DNA of 64,000 nt from Collinsella sp. (GTDB taxonomy: Bacteria > Actinomycetota > Coriobacteriia > Coriobacteriales > Coriobacteriaceae), in the NCBI GenBank assembly GCA_018382295.1, contig JAGZQF010000009.1, forward strand, positions 7,618 to 71,617. Reading direction: 5' to 3'. Below, piece after piece: positions 19,141 to 29,155 of this stretch (its first letter is position 1; every line of letters starts with the position of its first letter). Position numbers and translations under genes: made by a program. The notes beneath the pieces are model-generated. The model was not told the DNA's origin. It saw only the letters and a program-made list of their open reading frames with translations, and ran no database searches.

Positions 19141-20064
19141 ATGGGAAATCCCGTGATAACACTCAGGGACTTGATGCCGGTGGCACACCCCGAAAAGACC
19201 AAGGTTAAGTTCAACATGAACGCTGGCGACGTGAGCCTACGCGCGTACGACCTGCTGCTAAAAGATACCTCGACCACGGAGAGGACCGATAGCGGCTCGC
19301 GATGGTACGAGATGAACGCGTGGAGGAGCGCGACAGGGCAGGCGAACAACAACCTCAACCATGCAGAGTACCTGCTCTCTTTCGCCCAGTACTACACCTA
19401 CGGGCCCGAGTACTTCATCTTTGGCGGCATGCACAAAGTGGAGAAGGTGGTGCCCGAGGTGCTGGGCGGCGTGGGCTACAAGCTGACGCTTCTTCCTGAC
19501 TACGAGGCCTACATCAAGCGTCTTATCATCAAGCTGAAGAAGCCGATCGGACGCAATATCTACAACAAGTTCTACGAGAAAGCGATGCAAGACTTTGAGC
19601 CCGTTGTATACGAATACTCGATGAGCCTGGGCAACGTGAGCCCCTTCCCCGGCTACAAGTACGTTCGCATCGACCACAAGACACTGCAGGCCGTCATCGC
19701 TAGCGTGGGCTCCGACTGGTACTGGGCGCTGGACAACGTGAAGGGCGTCTACTGCATCACCGACACCGTCACGGGACGGCTCTACGTGGGCTCGGCCTCG
19801 GGCGACAGCAAGAAGGACGCAGGCGCGGACCTGGGTATCTGGCAGCGTTGGCGCGCCTATGCCAACCCCGAGGACCCTACGGGCGGCAACAAGGAATTCA
19901 AGGCCATCATGGCTAAGCACGGGGCTGGGTACATCATCGAGAACTTTACCTACTCCATCCTTGAGGTATGCGACACAAAGATGACCACTGCGGAGGTGTG
20001 CGAGCGAGAGAGTCATTGGAAGGACGTATTGGGATCGCGCAAGTTCGGCATGAACAAGAATTAG
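19141..20064 (+). CDS. GIY-YIG nuclease-domain protein with uncharacterized ~190-aa N-terminal domain
   Basis: C-terminal GIY-YIG motifs: KGVYCITDTVTGRLYVGSASG (GIY...YIG), conserved R/E/N region (ERESHWKDVLGSRKFGMN). Intermediate GC. Divergent from the polysaccharide-operon leader and adjacent to a tRNA. Confidence 0.55.
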   Translation: MGNPVITLRDLMPVAHPEKTKVKFNMNAGDVSLRAYDLLLKDTSTTERTDSGSRWYEMNAWRSATGQANNNLNHAEYLLSFAQYYTYGPEYFIFGGMHKVEKVVPEVLGGVGYKLTLLPDYEAYIKRLIIKLKKPIGRNIYNKFYEKAMQDFEPVVYEYSMSLGNVSPFPGYKYVRIDHKTLQAVIASVGSDWYWALDNVKGVYCITDTVTGRLYVGSASGDSKKDAGADLGIWQRWRAYANPEDPTGGNKEFKAIMAKHGAGYIIENFTYSILEVCDTKMTTAEVCERESHWKDVLGSRKFGMNKN

Positions 20065-20073
20065 GTGAGTACC

Positions 20074-20199
20074 ATGGGTTTACTGCGGACGGTGAGGGAT
20101 TGCGTTTACGGCATGGCCGTGGGCGACGCGCCTGGCGTGTCCTACGAGTTTATGCCGCGCGGCAGCTTCACCCGCGATGACATGACGGGCCATTTGTAA
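20074..20199 (+). pseudogene. Truncated ADP-ribosylglycohydrolase (DraG/ARH family) N-terminal fragment, 41 codons
   Basis: Peptide MGLLRTVRDCVYGMAVGDAPGVSYEFMPRGSFTRDDMTGHL matches the ARH-family N-terminal consensus (GxAxGDAxGxxxEF...MTG). It stops after 41 aa and there is no room for a full gene (about 300 aa) before the tRNA. Confidence 0.45.
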
Positions 20200-20230
20200 A
20201 AAATGCAGTTCAGGCCACTAAATATCGTAT

Positions 20231-20264
20231 GTAAATAAAAAAGGCCACTCGATTGAGTGGCCTT
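20231..20264 (-). terminator. Rho-independent terminator downstream of tRNA-Ala
   Basis: Hairpin AAGGCCACTC-GATT-GAGTGGCCTT followed on the minus strand by a U-run (plus-strand aaataaaaaa). Confidence 0.55.
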
Positions 20265-20274
20265 GCATTCACGA

Positions 20275-20350
20275 TGGTGGAGACGAGGGGGATCGAACCC
20301 CTGACCTCTTGACTGCCAGTCAAGCGCTCTCCCAGCTGAGCTACGCCCCC
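20275..20350 (-). tRNA. tRNA-Ala (anticodon GGC)
   Basis: Manual cloverleaf fold of 76 nt: GGGGGCGTAGCTCAGCTGGGAGAGCGCTTGACTGGCAGTCAAGAGGTCAGGGGTTCGATCCCCCTCGTCTCCACCA. 7-bp acceptor stem with the G3:U70 Ala identity pair, D-stem GCTC/GAGC, anticodon stem CTTGA/TCAAG with loop CTGGCAG, T-arm AGGGG-TTCGATC-CCCCT, encoded CCA. Confidence 0.85.
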
Positions 20351-20420
20351 GTGACGAAGAGAAACTATAGGGGAAGTTGGCGCGACGTGCAAGGACTTTT
20401 TTGGGTCAGACTCTAAATAC

Positions 20421-21062
20421 CTATTGATATAGGTAAGCGATAGCCGTGCCGGTGTGAACTTGGATCGTGGCTGTTGACCTGACGACGTTGCTAATGCCCG
20501 TGTCAGCTAACAAGCCCAGGGGGCTGTGATCTAGCTCCCACTCAAGACCGTGTTCACTTACCTCGGTGTTGGGGGCTATGGCGATGATGGAGAACGTCTC
20601 GCCCTCGGCACCCTTGATGGTCCACGACTCACCTGCGTGAAGGATGCGAGCGACCACCTTGTCTTCGGCGATCCAGATGGGAGCATCCTCGTAGCCTGCG
20701 AGCAGCCCCAGTACGGAAAGCGCCATGTCGGGGCGGCCGCCGGTGGCGCAGGTCGCAACCACTTCGGCACCCGGCCAGCGACGGCGGACCGAATCGAGCG
20801 CCAACGCCAAATCGGTGTAGTCCTTGTACGGGTCATGGCGCTCTACCTCAAAAGCTTCGGCGGCATCGACCAACGCGCGGCCGGCGTCGCTCACCGTGTC
20901 GGCGTCCCCCACATACACGTCGCAGCCCAGCCCCGCGCCCAGCAACGCGTCGAGCCCGCGGTCCACGGCGACAACGTGGTCGCACTCCCCCGCCAGCTGA
21001 CGCAGCAAATCCGCGCTCGCCACCACGGGCGAGCCGCAGACCACTAACACCTTACAAGCCAC
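20421..21062 (-). CDS. Thiamine pyrophosphokinase-like protein
   Basis: 213 aa. N-terminal LVVCGSPVV...VVAVDRGLDALLGAGLGCDVYVGDADTVS resembles the TPK catalytic-domain GD(F/A)DS-type motif. No thiamin-binding C-domain checked. Confidence 0.55.
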   Translation of the reverse strand: MACKVLVVCGSPVVASADLLRQLAGECDHVVAVDRGLDALLGAGLGCDVYVGDADTVSDAGRALVDAAEAFEVERHDPYKDYTDLALALDSVRRRWPGAEVVATCATGGRPDMALSVLGLLAGYEDAPIWIAEDKVVARILHAGESWTIKGAEGETFSIIAIAPNTEVSEHGLEWELDHSPLGLLADTGISNVVRSTATIQVHTGTAIAYLYQ

Positions 21063-21071
21063 AGCTCTCGC

Positions 21072-21761
21072 CTATCCCTCAAACGTAAGAACGCGGGTCA
21101 GATCCAGGTCCTCATAGCTATCGATAAAGATGTCGCAGTTGGCACGCACCTCATCGCGCTCCATACGGCCGTGCGGGTCATCGATACCCACGCGCTTAAA
21201 GCCTGCAGTGTCAGAGCTCTTTAGGCCAAAGACGGCGTCCTCAAACACCCAGGCGCGCTCAAACTTGCAGCCGTGGCGCTCCTCGAGGCGGCGCAGCGCA
21301 AGCTCATACACATCGGGGAACTGCTTGGAGCGGCCCGCCTCGCCCGTCGTGGTAATAAACTCCATATAGCGATCAAGGCCGGCGCCCGCAAGTGCAGACT
21401 TAACCAACTCGGCGGGCGTGGACGTGGCAACGCACATGGCAATACCGGCCTCCTGCGCCTGCTTCAAAAATGCAAGCAGGCCCTCACGCGGCGGCACCTT
21501 GGAGTAGCCATCGATCAGGATGTCGCTCAGCTCGCGGTAGAGCTCTTCGCCATTTTCGCCAATACCCCAGATGTCGTGGTAGGCCTGGCACTCGTCCTCG
21601 AGCGACAAATGCTCAAACTGGGCAAAATCGTCGACCGTCACGTCAATACCGTGGCGGTGCAATAACTCGGGCTGGGCATAGGCCCAAACGGGGGTGCTAT
21701 TAACCAGCGTGCCGTCGCAATCGAAAATAAAAGCAACACTTGTGGCAGCGATGTGGTCCAT
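21072..21761 (-). CDS. HAD-superfamily hydrolase (beta-phosphoglucomutase-like subfamily)
   Basis: Motif I FIFDCDGTLV, motif II-like CVATSTP, motif IV-like FEDAVFGLKS. Start at MDHIAAT preferred; the upstream Met at 21782 is also possible. Confidence 0.7.
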   Translation of the reverse strand: MDHIAATSVAFIFDCDGTLVNSTPVWAYAQPELLHRHGIDVTVDDFAQFEHLSLEDECQAYHDIWGIGENGEELYRELSDILIDGYSKVPPREGLLAFLKQAQEAGIAMCVATSTPAELVKSALAGAGLDRYMEFITTTGEAGRSKQFPDVYELALRRLEERHGCKFERAWVFEDAVFGLKSSDTAGFKRVGIDDPHGRMERDEVRANCDIFIDSYEDLDLTRVLTFEG

Positions 21762-21783
21762 AAACGAGCCTTTCAATGTCAAA

Positions 21784-21870
21784 GGGTAAACAACCTGCTA
21801 AAAACGTTTTACCAAACGTCAACCTAACAATCTTGAAACCCTAATTGGTAAAACTGTCAAGAGTTTTACC
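21784..21870. promoter_or_regulatory. Cluster of GTTTTACC/GGTAAAAC half-sites (candidate operator) in the divergent HAD/glgB promoter region
   Basis: gggtaaac (21784), cgttttacc (21805-21813), and a perfect 9-bp inverted repeat ggtaaaact-N6-agttttacc (21847-21870), all read from the sequence. Confidence 0.3.
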
Positions 21871-22092
21871 ATCGCAATTCTGCCAGTGGCATAAACATGG
21901 CGCTTACCGATTAAACGCCACCGCAAATCCACTTTCGTTCATAAAACTAACGTACAGGTGTTATCGTAGTTTTTGCCGAAAGTTCCACCGAGCACGCGAG
22001 GTGGAACGAATCACAGAAACTTCGCCGTCCCTTCGATTCGTGCAGCCTTGGACCTTTCGCATCTAGTCACCAAGGCAATACGCTGCCGCGTC

Positions 22093-24354
22093 ATGATGGG
22101 ATCAAACGTGAGCGATACAAAGCTAAAGCCAGCAACAAAAAAGCCTGCTACCCGTAAAGCCGCCCCGCACGCGCCGGAGCTCACCAAGGACGATGTCTAC
22201 CTGTTTGGCATCGGCACGTGGGAGCGCAGCTGGGAAAAGATGGGCGCGCACCCCGACACGCAGAACCGTACGCGCGGCTGGCGTTTTTGCGTTTGGGCTC
22301 CCGACGTAAAAAGCGTTCACGTCATTGGCGAATTTAACGACTGGGATGAACAAGCCAACCCGCTGGTGCCCGTGCATACGAGCGCTATTTGGGAAGGCTT
22401 TATTCCTGGCGCCGAGCAGGGTCAGCTCTATAAATACCTTATCGAGACCAACGAGGGCGAAAAGCTCTACAAGGCCGATCCGTATGCCTTTAAGGCCGAG
22501 TGCCCTCCGGGTACCGCCAGCGTGCTGTGGACCCTCGATGGCTACCAGTGGAACGACGCCGCATGGCTCAAGCGCCGCGCCGGCCACAACCATATGTCGC
22601 AGCCGCTCAACATCTACGAGGTGCATATTGGCTCGTGGAAGCGCCACGGCGACACGCCACAGGGCGAGCCGGACGAGTACGGCAACTACCCAGGTCCCAT
22701 GGATCCCTTCCCCGCGCAACGCGGCGAGTTCTACACATACGACGACCTGTCGGTGGAGCTCGTGGACTACGTGCACGACATGGGCTATACGCATATCGAG
22801 GTCATGCCGCTTATGGAGCATCCTTTCGACGGCTCCTGGGGCTACCAGACGACCGGCTACTACGCCGCCACGTCGCGCTACGGCAACCCTCAGCAGCTCA
22901 TGCACTTTATTGATGCGTGCCACGAGGCGGGCATCGGCGTGATCATGGACTGGGTGCCCGGCGGTTTTTGCGCCGACTCCCACGGCCTTGCCACCTTTAA
23001 CGGCCACATGCTGTTTGAGCACGAGATCCACCCCAACTGGGGCACGCACAAGTTTGACTTCGCACGCGGCGAGGTCCGCTCCTTCTTGGTCTCCAACGTG
23101 CTGTATTGGCTCGAAAACTTCCACGTTGACGGCATTCGCATGGACGGCGTGTCCAGCATGCTGTACCTCAACTTTGGCATTGACGATCCGGGGCAAAAGA
23201 AGTTCAACAAGTACGGTACCGAGGAGGACCTGGACGCCAGCGCGTTTATCCGTCAGGTCAACTGCGCCGTGGAGGCCCACTTCCCCGACGTGATGATGAT
23301 GGCCGAGGAGTCCACCGCGTGGCCGCTCGTGACTTACCCGCCGCAGGACGGCGGCCTGGGCTTCCACTACAAGTGGGACATGGGCTGGATGAATGACACC
23401 CTGCACTACATGCAGACCGATTTTCCGTGGCGCCCCGGCAACCACGGCCTGCTCACGTTCTCTATTATGTACGCCTTTACCGAGAACTTTATTTGCCCGC
23501 TGAGCCACGACGAGGTCGTGCACGGCAAGTGCTCGCTGATCGGACGCATGCCGGGTGACTGGTGGCGCCAGTTTGCCGGTCTGCGCACGCTGGCTTTTTA
23601 CCAAATGACGCACCCCGGTGCCAAGCTCAACTTTATGGGCAACGAGATCGGCCAGTTTATTGAGTGGCGCTATTACGAGTCCATTCAGTGGTTCCTGACC
23701 GAGGAGTACGAGACCCATGCGCACCATCAGGCGTTTATCAAGGCGCTCAACCACCTGTACACCGCCGAGCCCGCCCTGTACGAGCGCGGCTACACCGACG
23801 ACGGCTTTACCTGGATCGACGCGGACAACTCCAAGCAGTCCATCGTAAGCTTTGTGCGCCAGGGCGAGGACGTCGACGACGATCTGGTGATCCTGATCAA
23901 CTTTGACCCGGCGAGCTACGAGAGCTTCCGCGTGGGCGTGCCGCGCGAGGGTGACTGGGAGGTCATCTTCGATTCCGACCGTCCCGAGTTCGGTGGCAGC
24001 GGCTATGCCGGCGAGGAGCCTTACACCTGCTCGAGCGAGCCCTATCCCTGGAACGGGCAGATGGACTCCATTGAGATGAAGGTGCCCGGCCTGGCAGGTG
24101 TGGTGCTTAAGCGCCGCGGTCCCAGCAGCTACAAGCCGCCCGTGGTCGAGGCTCCCAAGGCTGCGCCCAAAAAGCGCACGTCCACGGTAAAGCCCAAGGC
24201 CGCGGCCGCCAAGAAGGCTCCGGCTAAGGCAAAGACTGCCAAGTCTGCCGCCAAGGCTTCGACCAAATCCACCACGGCCAAAAAGGCAGCCACCAAAAAG
24301 GCTGCTCCCAAGGCCAAGACAGCTGCTGTTAAGGCCCATGCCAAGAAAGCGTAA
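22093..24354 (+). CDS. glgB: 1,4-alpha-glucan branching enzyme GlgB with ~75-aa Lys/Ala/Pro-rich C-terminal tail
   Basis: GH13 branching-enzyme motifs (DDVYLFGIGTWERSWEKMGAHP N-domain, HIEVMPLMEHPFDGSWGYQ, GIRMDGVSSMLY, MMAEESTAWP). The C-terminus is AAKKAPAKAKTAKSAAKASTKSTTAKKAATKKAAPKAKTAAVKAHAKKA. Start at the MMGSNV doublet (22093); the ORF is open from 21973. Confidence 0.9.
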   Translation: MMGSNVSDTKLKPATKKPATRKAAPHAPELTKDDVYLFGIGTWERSWEKMGAHPDTQNRTRGWRFCVWAPDVKSVHVIGEFNDWDEQANPLVPVHTSAIWEGFIPGAEQGQLYKYLIETNEGEKLYKADPYAFKAECPPGTASVLWTLDGYQWNDAAWLKRRAGHNHMSQPLNIYEVHIGSWKRHGDTPQGEPDEYGNYPGPMDPFPAQRGEFYTYDDLSVELVDYVHDMGYTHIEVMPLMEHPFDGSWGYQTTGYYAATSRYGNPQQLMHFIDACHEAGIGVIMDWVPGGFCADSHGLATFNGHMLFEHEIHPNWGTHKFDFARGEVRSFLVSNVLYWLENFHVDGIRMDGVSSMLYLNFGIDDPGQKKFNKYGTEEDLDASAFIRQVNCAVEAHFPDVMMMAEESTAWPLVTYPPQDGGLGFHYKWDMGWMNDTLHYMQTDFPWRPGNHGLLTFSIMYAFTENFICPLSHDEVVHGKCSLIGRMPGDWWRQFAGLRTLAFYQMTHPGAKLNFMGNEIGQFIEWRYYESIQWFLTEEYETHAHHQAFIKALNHLYTAEPALYERGYTDDGFTWIDADNSKQSIVSFVRQGEDVDDDLVILINFDPASYESFRVGVPREGDWEVIFDSDRPEFGGSGYAGEEPYTCSSEPYPWNGQMDSIEMKVPGLAGVVLKRRGPSSYKPPVVEAPKAAPKKRTSTVKPKAAAAKKAPAKAKTAKSAAKASTKSTTAKKAATKKAAPKAKTAAVKAHAKKA

Positions 24355-24448
24355 CAAAAGCGTTACCGCTGTAATTACCCGCCCCGCCGGGGCGTAGGAT
24401 ACAAGTCATAACCGTTCCGGGAGAAACATCCCCGGGGGAAAGGAACGT

Positions 24449-26768
24449 ATGAATAAGATCTTCGACAACAAGCAGGAGTTTACCGAGCTCTATCGCGATG
24501 CAGTCATGAGCATCAGCGGCAAGAGCGTCGAGGCCGCCAGCGACCTCGACCGCTTTAACGCCCTGGCCAAGCTCGTGGCCGAGAAGGCCCGCACCGTTGC
24601 CACCAAGAGCGACGCCCGCGCCACCGCCGAGGGCAAGAAGCGCGTGTACTACTTCTCGATCGAGTTTTTGATCGGTCGCCTGCTCGACAACTATCTGCTC
24701 AACTTTGGCGTGCGCGACATGGTCGCCGAGGCGCTCGACGACATGGGCTTTGACCTGTCCGTCATCGAGAAGCTACCGCTACGGCCTATTTAAGCAGGAG
24801 ATCGTCAACGGCAGCCAGGTCGAGGCCACCGACGAGTGGCTCACCCACGGCTATCCCTGGGAGGTCCGTCGTCAGGACAAGGCCGTGACCATTAAGTTTG
24901 GTGGCCACGTTGAGGGCTTTGAGGAGAACGGCCGCACGTTCTACCGCACCGTGGACACGCAGGACATCCTGGCCGTCCCCTATGACATCCCCGTGGTGGG
25001 CTATGCCGGTGAGACCGTCAACAAACTGCGCGTCTGGGCCGCCGAGCCGGTCGAGGAGCACTTCGATCTGGAGGCCTTCAACCGCGGCGACTACGCCCTG
25101 GCCGATGCCGAGCGCGCCGAGGCCGAGGCCATCAGCGCTATCCTCTACCCAAACGACGCCGGCGAGCACGGCCGTCTGCTGCGTCTGAAGCAGGAGTACC
25201 TGTTTGTTTCGGCCGGCATCTACAGCCTGCTCGACACCTTTGAGAAGGAGCACGGCGAGAACTGGGAGCTGCTGCCGCAGTTTGTGGCCATCCACACCAA
25301 CGACACGCACCCCGCCATGTGCGGCCCCGAGCTCATGCGCATCCTCATCGACGAGAAGAAGCTCGAGTGGGATGACGCCTGGAACATCGTGACGCAGGTC
25401 GTGAGCTACACCAACCACACCATCCTGCCCGAGGCTCTGGAGAAGTGGCCCATCGGCACGTTCTCCAAGCTGCTCCCCCGCGTGTACCAGATTATCGACG
25501 AGATCAGCCGTCGTTGGCACGAGTCGTTCGACACCACGCAGGAGGGCTGGCAGGAGCGTCTGCGCCAGACCGCCATCCTGTGGGACGGCGAAATTCGCAT
25601 GGCCAACCTGTCCGTGATCTGCAGCCACAGCGTCAACGGCGTGGCCAAGATCCACTCCGACATCATCAAGAACATCGTGCTCAAGGACTTCTATGCCCTC
25701 ACGCCCGAGAAGTTCAACAACAAGACCAACGGCATCTCGCACCGTCGCTTCTTTGCCGAGGCCAACCCCACCTACGCCAAGCTCGTCACCGAGGCTATTG
25801 GCGACGGCTGGTTAAAGGACGCCTTTGAGCTTGAGAAACTCAAGGAGTTCCAGAACGACGCCGAGTTCCTGAAGGCCGTGGGCGCCTCCAAGCGCGCCAA
25901 CAAGGAGCGTTTGGCCGCCTACGTTAAGGCCGAGACTGGTCTGGTTATCGACCCCAACACCGTCTTCGATGTCCAGGTAAAGCGCTTCCATGCCTACAAG
26001 CGCCAGCTCATGAACATCATGAAGGTGATGGACATCTACAACCGTCGTATCGCGGATCCCAACTTCCACGTGACGCCGACGACCTTCATCTTTAGTGGCA
26101 AGGCTGCCTCGAGCTACACCTTCGCCAAGGAGACCATCCGCCTGATCAACTCCGTCGCCGAGGTCATTAACAACGATGCCCGCGTGAACGAGGTCATGAA
26201 GGTCTGCTTTATCCCCAACTTCCGCGTGAGCAACGCCCAGCTCATCTACCCCGCCGCCGAGATCTCGGAGCAGATTTCCACGGCCGGCAAGGAGGCCTCG
26301 GGCACGTCAAACATGAAGCTCATGATGAATGGCGCCATTACGCTGGGCACCCTCGACGGCGCCAACATCGAGATCGCCGACCTGGCCGGTCGCGAGAACG
26401 AGGCCATCTTTGGCCTGACCGCCCCCGAGGTCGAGCAGCTCTGGGCATCCAACAGCTACTTTGCGTGGGATACCCTCAACGGCGACCGTGAGCGCCTGGG
26501 CCGCGTGATGGACGAGCTCAAGGACAACACCTTTGCGGGTCTTTCGGGCAACTTCGAGAGCATCTACAACGAGCTCATGAACAACAACGACCCTGACCTG
26601 GTCATGGCCGACTTCCGCAGCTACGTGGATGCATGGGAAAAGCTCACGGGCAGCTACGGCGACCATGAGACCTGGAACCGCAAGGCCCTGCTCAACACCG
26701 CCTCGAGCGGCTGGTTCTCGAGCGACCGCACCATTCGCGAGTACCGCGACGAGATCTGGCACGCATAA
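24449..26768 (+). pseudogene. glgP: Glycogen/maltodextrin phosphorylase GlgP, interrupted near 24780 (two ORFs 24449..24793 and 24705..26768; conserved [17 protein letters not shown] segment absent)
   Basis: ORF1 carries FSIEFLIGRLLDNYLLNFGVRDMVAEALDDMGFDLSVIEK. ORF2 resumes at SYRYGLFKQEI and runs through the PLP-site region (KASGTSNMKLMMNGAITLGTLDGANIEI). About 35 aa are missing between LEE and YGYG, plus a frame change. Confidence 0.6.
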
Positions 26769-26874
26769 AGCGCGCGAGCTCCCTTTGCCAGCACGGCATT
26801 ACTCGACGGGCGTGACGTTGCGCCGCGCCCGTCGCTAATGGGTTAAGGAACATCGATGACAGAAGGAGAAATCG

Positions 26875-28023
26875 ATGAGTAAGAAAGAATGCATCGCGAT
26901 GCTCCTCGCAGGAGGACAGGGCAGCCGATTGGGGGCACTCACCCAAAAGATCGCTAAGCCGGCGGTTAGCTTTGGTGGCAAGTTCCGCATTATCGACTTT
27001 TCGCTCTCCAACTGCTCCAACTCGGGCATCGACACGGTGGGTGTTCTGACGCAGTATCGCCCCTACCTGCTGCATGCCTATGTGGGCTCCGGCGAGGCGT
27101 GGGATCTGGACAGCCGCGACGGCGGCGTGTCGATCCTGCCGCCGTACGAGACGCAGACCGGCGGCGCCTGGTATGCGGGCACGGCCGACGCCATTACGCA
27201 GAACCTCGACTACATCAAGGCCAACGACCCCAAGTACGTCCTGATTCTGTCTGGCGATCACCTGTATCGCATGGACTACCGCAAGATGCTCAAGACGCAC
27301 ATTGAGAACAATGCCGACCTCACGGTGAGCGTTATGCCCGTGCCGTGGGAGGAGGCCAGTCGCTTTGGTATCCTGACCACCGACCCCGAGGACGGCCGCA
27401 TCACCAAGTTCACCGAGAAGCCCGATAAGCCCGATTCGAACCTCGCGTCCATGGGCATCTACATCTTCTCGGCCGACGTGCTGATCGAGGCGCTCGAGGA
27501 GGACGCTCTGGACCAGCGCTCGAGCCACGACTTTGGCAAGGACATCATCCCCAAGCTGCTCGGCGAGGGCAAGCGCCTGTACAGCTACGAGTTCCACGGC
27601 TTTTGGAAGGATGTCGGCACCATCGCCAGCTTCCACGAGACCTCGATGGACCTGCTGGGCAACAACCCCGAGTTCGATCTGTTCGACAAGCACTTCCCCA
27701 TCATGTCCAACATCACCACGCGTCCGCCGCACTACATTGGACCGGACGGCCGTCTGGACGACTGCCTGGTCTCCAACGGCTGCAAGATCTACGGCACCGC
27801 TCGCCACTCGATCCTTTCGACCGACGTCATCATCGAGGAGCGCGCCGTGGTAGAGGACTCCGTGCTGCTGCCGGGTGCGCACGTTAAGAGCGGCGCGCAC
27901 ATCTGTCGCGCTATTTTGGGCGAGAACTCCACGGTCGAAGAGGGCGTGAAGCTCGGCTCTGTCGATACCACCAAGGATACGGCCGTCGTTGGAAATGACG
28001 TCGTTATCGGGAAGGGGGAATGA
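26875..28023 (+). CDS. glgC: Glucose-1-phosphate adenylyltransferase
   Basis: [15 protein letters not shown]...[25 protein letters not shown] with a C-terminal LbH domain. 382 aa. Confidence 0.9.
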   Translation: MSKKECIAMLLAGGQGSRLGALTQKIAKPAVSFGGKFRIIDFSLSNCSNSGIDTVGVLTQYRPYLLHAYVGSGEAWDLDSRDGGVSILPPYETQTGGAWYAGTADAITQNLDYIKANDPKYVLILSGDHLYRMDYRKMLKTHIENNADLTVSVMPVPWEEASRFGILTTDPEDGRITKFTEKPDKPDSNLASMGIYIFSADVLIEALEEDALDQRSSHDFGKDIIPKLLGEGKRLYSYEFHGFWKDVGTIASFHETSMDLLGNNPEFDLFDKHFPIMSNITTRPPHYIGPDGRLDDCLVSNGCKIYGTARHSILSTDVIIEERAVVEDSVLLPGAHVKSGAHICRAILGENSTVEEGVKLGSVDTTKDTAVVGNDVVIGKGE

Positions 28024-28027
28024 TCCG

Positions 28028-29155
28028 ATGATCAATCGCAAGGCCATCGGTTATATCACCGCTAACTACTCTTCGACCTACGGCAGCGTGCTGCTCAAGG
28101 ACCGCCCCATCGCGTCCGTCCCGTTTTTGGGCCGCTACCGCCTGATCGACTTCCCGCTGTCCAACATGATGAATGCCGGCATTAAGACCGTCGGCGTCGT
28201 CATGCCGGGCAACTACCGCTCCCTGATCGACCACGTGGGCTCGGGCAAGGACTGGGGCCTGGACCGCAAGAAGGGCGGCCTGTTTATGGTGCCCGGCAAC
28301 GCGTATGGCACCACCAAGGGCGGCATGCGCTTCCTGCTGCGCGACATCATCTCCAACAAGACGCTGTTCCAGCGCTCGGACAAGCCCTATGTCGTGATGA
28401 TGGGCACCAACATCATCTTTAATATGGACCTCAACACCATCATCGACGCGCACGAGAACTCCGGTGCCCAGATGACCGTGGTGTACTGCAAGGCCACGCA
28501 CAACGTCGATGACGAGACCAAACTCGAAATTAACGAGAACGGCCGCCTGACGGGCGTGAGCGCCGGCGTCGTGTACGGCGACAACGCCTCTATGGACTGC
28601 TGCATCGTCAACCGCGAGACGCTGCTCGAGATCATCGACCACTACCAGGCCGCCGACTATCTGGACCTGCTCGAGGCACTCCAGGGCGACTTTGGCAACA
28701 TCGACGTTTGCAGCTACGAGTACAAGGGCGAGGTCGTGGGCGTGTTTAGCGAGAAGTCGCTGTATCGCCGCAGCATGGACCTGCTCGACCAGACCGTGGC
28801 CGACCAGCTCTTTGACCCCGAGTGCCCGATTCTGACCAAGGCTCACGACGTGCCGCCTTCGCGCTATGCGACCGGCAGCCACGCGTGCAACTCGATCATC
28901 TCGGCCGGCTGCATCATCAAGGGCACCGTGCGCAACTCGATCCTGTCGCGTGGCGTCGTGGTCGAGGAAGGCGCCTCGGTGACGAACTCGATCATCAACC
29001 AGAGCTGCGTCATCAAGAGCGGCGCCCGCGTTGAGAATGCCATCCTGGACAAGAACAACGTGGTTCCCACCAACACCGAGCTTCGCGGCACGCCCGAGAA
29101 CATTCTGGTGCTGGGCAAGGCTCCGTTAACGTCCGATACCACCATCGTACGTTAA
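28028..29155 (+). CDS. glgD: Glucose-1-phosphate adenylyltransferase regulatory subunit GlgD
   Basis: Paralog lacking the canonical GGxGxRL (here ITANYSSTYGSVL), with PFLGRYRLIDFPLSNMMNAGI. Immediately downstream of glgC, Firmicutes-type arrangement. Start taken at MINRKAIG. Confidence 0.8.
   Translation: MINRKAIGYITANYSSTYGSVLLKDRPIASVPFLGRYRLIDFPLSNMMNAGIKTVGVVMPGNYRSLIDHVGSGKDWGLDRKKGGLFMVPGNAYGTTKGGMRFLLRDIISNKTLFQRSDKPYVVMMGTNIIFNMDLNTIIDAHENSGAQMTVVYCKATHNVDDETKLEINENGRLTGVSAGVVYGDNASMDCCIVNRETLLEIIDHYQAADYLDLLEALQGDFGNIDVCSYEYKGEVVGVFSEKSLYRRSMDLLDQTVADQLFDPECPILTKAHDVPPSRYATGSHACNSIISAGCIIKGTVRNSILSRGVVVEEGASVTNSIINQSCVIKSGARVENAILDKNNVVPTNTELRGTPENILVLGKAPLTSDTTIVR

Noticed and set aside
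20210-20392. 60-aa ORF on the minus strand overlapping the tRNA-Ala locus.
   Set aside because: It overlaps the tRNA exactly. It is spurious.
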